DNA of 64,000 nucleotides. Origin: Ignavibacteriota bacterium. Lineage in GTDB: Bacteria; Bacteroidota; Ignavibacteria; Palsa-1295. How positions within the stretch are numbered: position 1 is the first letter of the stretch; each line of letters begins with the position of its first letter. Location of the stretch: positions 2,706-66,705 of the forward strand of contig CAWCCK010000018.1 in the NCBI GenBank assembly GCA_963794025.1. Reading direction: 5' to 3'. The position numbers and the translations under genes are program-made. Shown piece by piece: positions 19,464 to 27,589 of the stretch. The notes below the pieces were generated by a model. The model was given only the letters and a program-made list of their open reading frames with translations, did no database searches and was not told where the DNA came from.

Positions 19464-20726
19464 CTAATGCACCACCACGATCTTCTGAACCTGCCGCTGA
19501 CTTCCTGCTTCAACTACTGCGAAATAAACTCCCGCCGGAAGCGAAGAAAGATCGAGATCGAGCGAACCGTTGCCACTCTGCGAAAGCACTTCCGCGCCGA
19601 GGATATTTGAGATGCGAATTTCAACCGGCAATCCTTCATTATTTGCGAAGAGATGATCGCCCGATTGGAGGATGGTTATATTTGATGGGGGGGGATTTTC
19701 GACAACGCTTGGTTGGACTTGGGAATAATCGAAAGTTAAATTATCGCAAAAGAACGTGTCGATGTAATTGGAGCTACCAGATGACGGACCAATGACACTG
19801 CTGTACCCATTTTCTATGACGACAGGATCGTACCCATCAGATTGCGCTCGGAAGGATGAGCCAGGTTTCAGATAATATATAGCGCCAAACCCTCCTTCTT
19901 GCCCGGCGACAACCTCCCCACCCGATTCAACGAAAATGCGCTCATTCCCGAAATAGCCATTGATACCAGGGTCATATTTACCTCCGGGCTTTACCCAGAC
20001 ATCATCGGAGGATGTTCCTCCCGACCAGGATGTCGCATTTACGATAAGAGCACCTTGAGAGATTACAGGATTACAACTTACTATATCGAACTGGAACGAT
20101 ATACCAGCCTTGCAACCGTTGGAGTTCGTGACAATAAGAGATGCCGTTTTATATCCATCCGTTGAATATTCAATAGTGGGTGAGGAATCGGTACTTGTTG
20201 AAGGGATCGCAGTCGAATCAAATTTCCATTGCCATGATGATCCGGTAGCTTCTGAGCTTCCATCAGAGAACTTAAAAAGGTTACCAGTCAGGCCGATAAC
20301 ATCTATATCACCGCCGATATTGGGCAATTCTCCGAGCAGCGTATCATTATAAGAAACCCATGCTTGTGGGGAAGGAAGGCCAACCACTTCGATATTTGAA
20401 CCATTGGAATCGGAAAGAAGATAAGGATCAGTAGATGCCACGCGAACGTGGAAGTTTAGACCGATGGCCCCTAAGGAAACAGAAATCGATCCATTTAATG
20501 CTGAACTGGAACCGACATTTGTGAACCCAACGAATGAACCGTTCGCAGCAGATAATTCGACAACGAATCGATTATCCGCCGCGAACGACCCGTTCGTCTG
20601 ATACGGTACTTCAAGCGTACTACCCACGCAATATGAGAGCGGTGAAATCTGCCCAAGCGTAATCGTCTGCGCTTGAGTTAAAGTGGATAATGTCAAAGCA
20701 AAAAGCTGAACAAGAATTTTTCTCAT
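19464..20726 (-). CDS. T9SS C-terminal sorting-domain protein, paralogue B
   Basis: CTD SSLPAGVYFAVVEAGSQRQVQKIVVVH. The N-terminus QTITLGQISPLSYCVGSTLEVPYQTNGSF parallels paralogue A. Confidence 0.7.
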   Translation of the reverse strand: MRKILVQLFALTLSTLTQAQTITLGQISPLSYCVGSTLEVPYQTNGSFAADNRFVVELSAANGSFVGFTNVGSSSALNGSISVSLGAIGLNFHVRVASTDPYLLSDSNGSNIEVVGLPSPQAWVSYNDTLLGELPNIGGDIDVIGLTGNLFKFSDGSSEATGSSWQWKFDSTAIPSTSTDSSPTIEYSTDGYKTASLIVTNSNGCKAGISFQFDIVSCNPVISQGALIVNATSWSGGTSSDDVWVKPGGKYDPGINGYFGNERIFVESGGEVVAGQEGGFGAIYYLKPGSSFRAQSDGYDPVVIENGYSSVIGPSSGSSNYIDTFFCDNLTFDYSQVQPSVVENPPPSNITILQSGDHLFANNEGLPVEIRISNILGAEVLSQSGNGSLDLDLSSLPAGVYFAVVEAGSQRQVQKIVVVH

Positions 20727-20767
20727 AATAATAATTATTTTCGAAAGGTGATTTTGTCACACCCCCG

Positions 20768-21960
20768 TTAACGCACGACCGCTATTTTCTGAACCAGCCT
20801 CTGATTTCCCGCTTGCACTACCGCGAAATAAACGCCTGCTGGAAGCGGAGAAAGATCAATCTCCAGTACCCCGGAACCTTGCTCAGAAAGCATTTCTGCG
20901 CCGAGCAGATTTGAGATGCGAATTTCTATTGGGAACCCTTCATCATTTGCGAAGAGATGATCGCCGGATTGTAGAGTGGTTACATTCGATGGGGGAGGAT
21001 TTTCAGCAACGCTGGCTTGGACTTGGGAATAATCGAATGTCAAATTATCGCAAAAAAACGTGTCGATTGAACCAGATGGCTGACCTATAACATTGATTGT
21101 TGCGTTCGCCATGACTACCGCATTGACAGATTATCATCTTCTTGCGCCTTGAAGGATGATCCCTCCTTCAGATAATAAATATTATAGATGCCCAAGCCCC
21201 CCGCAACAACTTCACCGCCCGATTCTACAAATATCTGTTGATTCTGATTGGCGACACCAGACTCGATCATGTATGTTCCGCCAGCCTTTAACCCAAACAT
21301 CCCAAGAATCAACTGCATCAGAGGCGCCAGTGACAACATAAGAATTTCGAGGTATTACCGGATTGCAACTAAGAACATCGTAGTTAAAAGAAACCGAATT
21401 ACTGCATCCTGCTGAATTAGTAACGGTAAGCGATCCATCCTTTATAGCCTTCAGTCGCATATTCGATTCCTGGTGCAGAATCAGATGCTTAAGGAAGGAA
21501 AAGCGGTCGAATCGAATTTCCATAGCCATGTCGATCCAGCAGGTTCCGAGCGTTGGTCGTTAAATTTGAACACGTCACCCGTCATTCCAAGGATAGGGAG
21601 ATCAAATCCGTGATAAATTGCGTAGTTGATCCATATCGTCAGGATGAGTCGGATTGTGTCAGAGACACGTAGGGTTGAGGTGACGGGGGGCAACACGTTA
21701 ATATTGGAACCATTATCATCGGAAACAACGTAAGGGTCGGAAGATCAACTCGAACACGAAATCCTTGACCAAGTGGTTCCCAAATAAGATAATCGATCCG
21801 GAATTGAAGATGAGAGCCAGCATCGGTGAAATCCTGAAATGACCAGTATCGCATCGGACAACTGAACGATAAAAGTGTTATCTGCTGCGAACGTACCGTT
21901 CGCCTGATAGGGTACGTCATCGTATCGCCTACGCAAAAGAGAGTTTAGAAATCGGTCCAA
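20768..21960 (-). pseudogene. Third tandem T9SS-cargo paralogue, fragmented into at least six frame-shifted pieces
   Basis: Fragments 20768-21112, 21115-21339, 21212-21529, 21481-21696 and 21745-21960 each align to successive segments of paralogue B. Examples are ..DTFFCDNLTFDYSQVQ.., ..FVESGGEVVAG.., ..LSCNPVI.., ..FKF.D..SE..GS.W.WKFDSTA.. and ..YQ.NG.FAADN.F.V.LS... Confidence 0.7.
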
Positions 21961-22162
21961 GCGTAATTGTCTGCGCTTCGAGAGAAGTGGAAGTGATTAA
22001 GAATGCTGAGAATAATTGCGATTTTTTTCATAAAAATGTCCGATAATGGTTGGAATGTACATACCTCTCCATATAGACAAGAACGCACAAGGTCGCTCGG
22101 GTTACAAAAAAATCTTAAAAAATATTTCGTGGGTGGTCAAAATAGCTCAGAATCGCCATTTT

Positions 22163-22531
22163 TTATTTAACTTTCTCCCGCACCCACACCTCGCCATCCG
22201 CCAGCTTTACGTCATAGACGGGAATGCTTCCGCTTGCACCCATAAGGTTGTCCGTGATAAGATGGCCGGTCGGAATATCGAATAGCCAGCCATGTAGCGG
22301 GCACGCGATGGTGCGGGCCGCACAATCGAGCGTTCCCGCCGCGAGAATCGGCGAGATCTCGTGCGGGCAGATATTCGAGGTAGCATAGATCACATCGTCA
22401 ATATTAAAAATAGCGATCTCCCGATCTTCTATAACAATAACCTTCCCACGCTCGCAATTTTTGGGAAGTTCTTGGGTGGTGCAAGCGAAGGTGAATTCCA
22501 TGGGCGCGCTTAGCTCGCCCCGCAATTCCAT
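22163..22531 (-). CDS. Rieske [2Fe-2S] domain protein (NirD / small Rieske ferredoxin-like)
   Basis: CPH...G...C..H motif: NICPHEISPIL...IACPLHGWLFD. Confidence 0.65.
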   Translation of the reverse strand: MELRGELSAPMEFTFACTTQELPKNCERGKVIVIEDREIAIFNIDDVIYATSNICPHEISPILAAGTLDCAARTIACPLHGWLFDIPTGHLITDNLMGASGSIPVYDVKLADGEVWVREKVK

Positions 22532-22576
22532 TCGCGCGGCTTCGAGGGCTTCGTCGTCGATTTCGTCCGTGTGTAT

Positions 22577-23788
22577 TTACCTATCCACTTCCCCCAGCAC
22601 AATATCGATCGAGCCGAGGATGACGATAAGATCGGCAATGAGATAGCCGCGCGAAATAAGCGGCAGCAAACTGAGATTCGAAAATGCCGGCGAGCGGACT
22701 TTCACGCGCCACGGTTTTACATCGCCTTTCGATACGATATAATATCCGAGTTCCCCGCGCGGCGTTTCGGTGCGAGAGAATATTTCGCCTTCCGGTGGTT
22801 TAAGCCGCTTGGGAATTGCGGATTGGACATCCGTTGCATCGTTTGATGGATATTGCTCTAAAATCTGCTCGATGATGTTCAGAGATTGTTCCCACTCCAC
22901 CATACGCACCCAATTTCGGTTGAAGGAATCGCCAAGCGTAGCGAGTTTGTCGGAGCCAACAGCAATTTCAAAATCGAAGCGGTCGTAGATGGAATAGGGA
23001 TCGTTTTTGCGGATGTCCCATTTCACGCCGCAGGCACGCAGCATCGGTCCGGACGCGCCGCCGCTTATTGCAACTTCGGCATCGAGTACGCCAATCCCCG
23101 CCGTGCGCTGACGAAAAATATGATTGAAGGTAAGCAGATCGTTGATTTCTTTATGCGTTGCACGGGAAGTTTTCAGGAACTCGCGGCACATGGGGAGCAC
23201 ATCGGCGTGGAGATCGTGCGAAAGTCCGCCGACCCACATATAGTTATAAAGAAAACGCGCGCCACACGTTTTCTCGAACATTTCGAGGATCGTTTCGCGG
23301 TCGCGGAAACAGTACAGGAAAGGCGTGAACGCACCAGAGTCCATCCCGAACGTACCGATGGCGATCAGGTGCGATGCAATGCGCTGAAGTTCAGCAAACA
23401 GCACGCGAATGTATTCTACTTTTTCGGGAACCTCTATATTCATCATGCGCTCGACGGCGGTTACATACCCGTGTTCGCCGGACATCGCGGCGATGTAATC
23501 CATCCGATCGACGTAGGGAATGATCTGCGGGTAGGTCAACTGCTCCGCGTGTTTTTCGAAACAGCGATGCAGGTAGCCGATATGCGGAATGACATCCACA
23601 ACAAGTTCCCCGTCCAGCACCACTTCCAACCGCAGCACGCCGTGCGTGGAAGGATGCTGCGGCCCCATATTCAGCACCATTTCTTCGGTATGAAGCCTGC
23701 CCCGCTCGACAAAAGCCGGGTCATGCACCGGCGCGCTGGCATGAAGCGCGCTATGTGTGATAGTGTGGCGTTCGAGAATTTCTGGCAT
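22577..23788 (-). CDS. nuoD: NADH-quinone oxidoreductase subunit D
   Basis: 403 aa. NMGPQHPSTHGVLRL is the NuoD/49-kDa subunit signature. Confidence 0.85.
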   Translation of the reverse strand: MPEILERHTITHSALHASAPVHDPAFVERGRLHTEEMVLNMGPQHPSTHGVLRLEVVLDGELVVDVIPHIGYLHRCFEKHAEQLTYPQIIPYVDRMDYIAAMSGEHGYVTAVERMMNIEVPEKVEYIRVLFAELQRIASHLIAIGTFGMDSGAFTPFLYCFRDRETILEMFEKTCGARFLYNYMWVGGLSHDLHADVLPMCREFLKTSRATHKEINDLLTFNHIFRQRTAGIGVLDAEVAISGGASGPMLRACGVKWDIRKNDPYSIYDRFDFEIAVGSDKLATLGDSFNRNWVRMVEWEQSLNIIEQILEQYPSNDATDVQSAIPKRLKPPEGEIFSRTETPRGELGYYIVSKGDVKPWRVKVRSPAFSNLSLLPLISRGYLIADLIVILGSIDIVLGEVDR

Positions 23789-23789
23789 A

Positions 23790-24293
23790 CTAATATGGCA
23801 CCTTCATTCCATGATAAAAATCGGGTTCCTTAAAATCTTTTCGAAGTGGGTGTCCCGGATAATCGTCGTCCAATAAAATGCGACGATGGTCGGGGTGTCC
23901 ATCGAAATGAATGCCCATCATATCCCACGCTTCGCGTTCCTGCCAGTTGGCGTGAAGCCATATATCGGTTACAGAGGGAACATGCGCATTCTCTGATGGA
24001 ATGGTTACTTTCAGAGCAAGCTGGTGCGCGTGTCGCGTCGATTCAAGATGATAGACCACCGAAAGGGAACCATCGCCGTTATCGAGCGAAGAAATAAGGA
24101 GTAGGCTGTCAAAATCCAGTTCCCGTTTATCGCGCAGAAAAAATGCGAGATCGCGAATGGTGGAGGGTTCCGCAATTTCGAGAAACGATCCCATCCGGCG
24201 TTGGTAAGCATTTTCGGAATTCGATTCATGCCACGCACCGAATGTTTCTCCGAAGGTAGCTCGAAGAGCGTCAATAATGTTTAATTGCTCCAT
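23790..24293 (-). CDS. nuoC: NADH-quinone oxidoreductase subunit C
   Basis: 167 aa in 30-kDa subunit family context, directly upstream of nuoD. Conserved HPDHRRIL and DYPG.PLRKDF motifs. Confidence 0.7.
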   Translation of the reverse strand: MEQLNIIDALRATFGETFGAWHESNSENAYQRRMGSFLEIAEPSTIRDLAFFLRDKRELDFDSLLLISSLDNGDGSLSVVYHLESTRHAHQLALKVTIPSENAHVPSVTDIWLHANWQEREAWDMMGIHFDGHPDHRRILLDDDYPGHPLRKDFKEPDFYHGMKVPY

Positions 24294-24302
24294 CAGTTAG
24301 CT

Positions 24303-24388
24303 GTCATTGCGAGGAGCGAGGAACGAGCGACGAAGCAATCTCATGCTTGAGATTGCTTCGTCGTCCCTCCGGGACTCCTCGCAATGAC
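24303..24388. repeat. Nested double hairpin in the nuoB-nuoC intergenic spacer
   Basis: Outer arms gtcattgcgaggag/ctcctcgcaatgac. Inner arms cgacgaagcaatctca/tgagattgcttcgtcg. Confidence 0.6.
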
Positions 24389-24390
24389 GG

Positions 24391-24909
24391 TTAAATTTCT
24401 TCATTCCGTTTCGCCTGCATTCTCACGATTTCCTGCAATTTCATCAGTCCTTCCAGCAGCGCTTCGGGGCGTGGCGGGCAGCCGGGAATATAGACATCGA
24501 CGGGAATGATTCTATCCACGCCTTTCAGCACATGGTAACCATATTCCCAATACGGTCCGCCGCAGTTCGAGCAATTGCCCATCGAGATCACGTATTTCGG
24601 ATCGGCCATTTGCTCATAGAGCATTTTAATGCGCGTGGCCATTTTTAGCGTCACGGTTCCCGAAATAATGATCACATCCGATTGCCTCGGACTCGGGCGC
24701 GGAATAACGCCAAAGCGCATCATATCGTAATGCGACGCAGCGGTGGACATCATCTCTATCGCGCAGCAGGCAAGGCCGAAGCTCATCTGCCACAAGCTGG
24801 AAAGCCGCGACCAATCGAAGAGCGTATCGAGGCTCGTCACAATAACATTCCCATCGCCCGTCTTATCGGTTGGAAGGACGGGGAGTTCGAGTTTATCTAA
24901 ATAGCCCAT
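24391..24909 (-). CDS. nuoB: NADH-quinone oxidoreductase subunit B
   Basis: 172 aa with Fe-S ligand motifs ([26 protein letters not shown]). Confidence 0.85.
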   Translation of the reverse strand: MGYLDKLELPVLPTDKTGDGNVIVTSLDTLFDWSRLSSLWQMSFGLACCAIEMMSTAASHYDMMRFGVIPRPSPRQSDVIIISGTVTLKMATRIKMLYEQMADPKYVISMGNCSNCGGPYWEYGYHVLKGVDRIIPVDVYIPGCPPRPEALLEGLMKLQEIVRMQAKRNEEI

Positions 24910-25035
24910 GGAATAATTACGAATTTCAAATTACGAATTACGAGTCTCAAAACTTCAGGGCGAATCTGCCGCGATCTTGTTTGGCGCAGATTCGTAATTC
25001 GCAATTTGAAATCCGTAATTTTTCATAATGACGAC
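24905..25035. repeat. AATTACGAA-type tandem-unit inverted repeats with an inner palindrome (ggcgaatctgccgcg...cgcagattcg) between nuoA and nuoB
   Basis: aattacgaatttcaaattacgaattacgag ... ttcgtaattcgcaatttgaaatccgtaattt. Confidence 0.55.
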
Positions 25036-25422
25036 ATCCTTCAGCCGCGCAATGTATGGCTTGGGACGCGCCCAATCCAGATCGCCTTTGGCCCATACAT
25101 AAATGTAGCCCACGAGGAGAATTCCCAGGAACGTAAACATTTCCGCAATGGCAAACCAACCCATTGCTTTATAAATGATCGCCCATGGAAACAAAAATAA
25201 GATCTCGACATCGAACAAAATAAAGATCAGCGCAACCACGTAATACCGAATGTTGAACTTCACCCATGCGCCGCCGATCGTATCTTCCCCGCATTCATAA
25301 GAAGAAAGCTTGAACTGATTCGGATTTTTCGGACGCAGAATTTTGCTCGTAAGGAGTCCGCCCGCAACAAAAATAATTGCGAGTATCCCGAATGCAAATA
25401 CGTGGCTGAATTCTCCTAACAC
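24955..25422 (-). CDS. nuoA: NADH-quinone oxidoreductase subunit A
   Basis: Three TM helices. YECGED...F..RYY..A..F..FDVE..FLFPWA is the NuoA signature. Confidence 0.7.
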   Translation of the reverse strand: MLGEFSHVFAFGILAIIFVAGGLLTSKILRPKNPNQFKLSSYECGEDTIGGAWVKFNIRYYVVALIFILFDVEILFLFPWAIIYKAMGWFAIAEMFTFLGILLVGYIYVWAKGDLDWARPKPYIARLKDVVIMKNYGFQIANYESAPNKIAADSP

Positions 25423-25553
25423 GACTGAGATTTATTGGGTGTTAACGTATTCTTATGAGACTCATTCAAAACGTTCGTCGCATGGAGATAATGCCGAGTA
25501 AGAAAGGCCGCAAAAAACTCGCAGCCTTTTCTTAAGAAAGTTCTCGCAAGCGA

Positions 25554-26210
25554 TCACTCGTTTTCGACGTACATCTTCTCCACTTCGGCGGCTCTTCCGG
25601 GATTCGTTCCACCGGGCTTGCCGGTGACATCGGGAAGATTCACGATCTTATCGACAACATCCATCCCATCGGTCACTTGGCCAAAGACGGTATATTGCTT
25701 ATCGAGAAACCCCGCATCGGCAACGCAGATGAAAAATTGGCAGGAAGCGGAATTAGGGTCATTCGTTCGCGCCATTGAAAGAATTCCACGCTCATGGTGG
25801 ACGGAATTAAATTCTGCGTTGAGGCGAACGGAGCCGTTATTACCTTGTCCATCATTCGAATAATCGTTATCTTTCGTATTCGGATCGCCGCCCTGGATCA
25901 TAAATCCCGGAATAACGCGATGGAAATAGGTGCCATTGTAAAAATGGCTGTCGGCTAATTTAATAATGTTCGCAACATGGTTCGGCGCTACTTTCTCAAA
26001 AAGCTGGAGCTTGATCGTCCCCTGCTTCGTCACAATAACGAGCCGGCGTTTCGGATGCGCGGTGAGTTGATCGAGTTTGGTTCCGGTCATGGGTGGTTTG
26101 TAACTCGGGCCTGTGCCCAAAATGGTTGCGGAGGTGATAATAGCTAACGTGGCAGCACACGCTGCGAACGAAGCCGCGAATAGAATAGATCTTTTAAGTT
26201 GTTTTTTCAT
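25554..26210 (-). CDS. Cyclophilin-type peptidyl-prolyl cis-trans isomerase (secreted)
   Basis: Signal peptide plus FHRVIPGFMIQGGDP and the downstream cyclophilin motifs. Confidence 0.8.
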   Translation of the reverse strand: MKKQLKRSILFAASFAACAATLAIITSATILGTGPSYKPPMTGTKLDQLTAHPKRRLVIVTKQGTIKLQLFEKVAPNHVANIIKLADSHFYNGTYFHRVIPGFMIQGGDPNTKDNDYSNDGQGNNGSVRLNAEFNSVHHERGILSMARTNDPNSASCQFFICVADAGFLDKQYTVFGQVTDGMDVVDKIVNLPDVTGKPGGTNPGRAAEVEKMYVENE

Positions 26211-26296
26211 GCAAATAGGTAAAACGAGAAAACGAAATTGTTAGAAAATACTATATGTAAAAAAACGACAATCCGTTCCCCGATTTTACTTCTACG

Positions 26297-27115
26297 TCAT
26301 TCTATCGTAATTTTCCCACTCGGACTATTATACGATCCCGGCACCACGCTGCCATCGGGCGCGAGGAGCTGTAATTTTACCGTATGCTCACCTTTTGCGA
26401 GACCGGTAATGTAATACGGCTGCCATTTCACAATGTCCGGCGCATGATCGATTATGCAGGCGGTGGTATCGATCCACACTTTCACTTTATACTTATCCGG
26501 CGCAAGCGTGGCATTCGATACGAAAAAATCGAGCAGCACGTTAGAATTTTCTCCGGCGGCATACGTGCCTTTCGGTCGGGAATAGGTTAGCAGCGGGCCG
26601 TTCAGATTATTCATCTGAGCGGAGTCCACTTTGGCAGTTCCCACATAAAACGTTCTCGTCGCAAAGGCATGTGGCGATTTCATACTCTCATGCCACGAAA
26701 ACGATGGGAACGCGCGAATCGTATGCATCCCCGGAGCGAGCACGCCAATATTGAACGGCTCGCCATTCTTGTAATCCGCCATGTAGGGCTTCGCATCGAC
26801 GATAACGTGAACATGCTGGCCCTGCTTCGAATACGCAATGCCCAGCGTGCTATCGCCATCGGTATGCGTGCCAAGATCGGTTCCCGAAACCTGCATCACG
26901 ATCTTCACGGAATCGGCGGCATTCTTCAGCGTCTCGCCTTCTTTCGGCGAAACGATGGCGAGCGAAGCATCCGGATACGCCCGATGCGGCGCCGGAACGA
27001 TGGCAACGTGGCTTGCCGTGGTATCCACGCTGGATTGTTCCTCATGCTTACCGCACGAAATGAGAACTGCTGAAAGAAGCGCTACACTAAAAATGACGGA
27101 AAATGTTTTATGCAT
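26297..27115 (-). CDS. Hypothetical lipoprotein
   Basis: Signal peptide with lipobox (LLSAVLISCGK). No catalytic motif recognised. Confidence 0.4.
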   Translation of the reverse strand: MHKTFSVIFSVALLSAVLISCGKHEEQSSVDTTASHVAIVPAPHRAYPDASLAIVSPKEGETLKNAADSVKIVMQVSGTDLGTHTDGDSTLGIAYSKQGQHVHVIVDAKPYMADYKNGEPFNIGVLAPGMHTIRAFPSFSWHESMKSPHAFATRTFYVGTAKVDSAQMNNLNGPLLTYSRPKGTYAAGENSNVLLDFFVSNATLAPDKYKVKVWIDTTACIIDHAPDIVKWQPYYITGLAKGEHTVKLQLLAPDGSVVPGSYNSPSGKITIE

Positions 27116-27449
27116 ATTGATCTCCTTAAAATAAGTGATACAAAAATACGAAATATCTCATAGGCAGGTGTGAATATCAAAGAATGACATGAGTAAGACA
27201 TTCTGGCAGGCTTCACACAGAAATAGGTGCCGTTTTTCTTTCTTGCGAGTTCCCGATGTACCTTCGTTTCCAAGCTGTTTTCGCCATTTGTTCCAAAAAA
27301 CGCCCGTAATTTACTTTTCACAAAGAACTCGTTCATAAAGAAAGCTAATCTTTGTTATTCTTATAGAAACAGGTGCCTATCAATGCACTTCCAATATAAC
27401 ACATCCAAAACCCAAAAGCAAGCAAATCCGAAATTATTTTTGAAAATGT

Positions 27450-27538
27450 CCGTAGGGACGTGCTGCGCACGTCCGTTTGGCGGAAAACGAAATTCTTCAG
27501 CTTCGAACAAGCGGGACGTGCGCAGCACGTCCCTACGG
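27450..27538. mobile_element. Palindromic element with 25-nt perfect terminal inverted repeats CCGTAGGGACGTGCTGCGCACGTCC / GGACGTGCGCAGCACGTCCCTACGG in the 5' leader region of the RM gene
   Basis: Exact reverse-complement arms separated by 39 nt. It shares the CCGTAGGG..CCCTACGG termini with the elements at 61259-61446 and 62941-63001. Confidence 0.65.
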
Positions 27539-27559
27539 TTCTACACGTTGCGTACTACC

Positions 27560-27589
27560 TCTCTGCGAAAATGTCGTATTTTTGTCCCA
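27560..27589 (+). promoter_or_regulatory. Candidate -7 element TATTTTTG 5 nt upstream of the RM start codon (possible leaderless transcript)
   Basis: gtcgTATTTTTGtcccaATG. Confidence 0.25.

Noticed and set aside
27227-27589. N-terminal 121 codons of track ORF 27227-30898
   Set aside because: Low-complexity Ser/Arg-rich sequence that contains the 25-bp-arm hairpin. The recognisable nuclease domain starts at MANKFVQ (27590), which is preceded by a TAnnTTTG motif.
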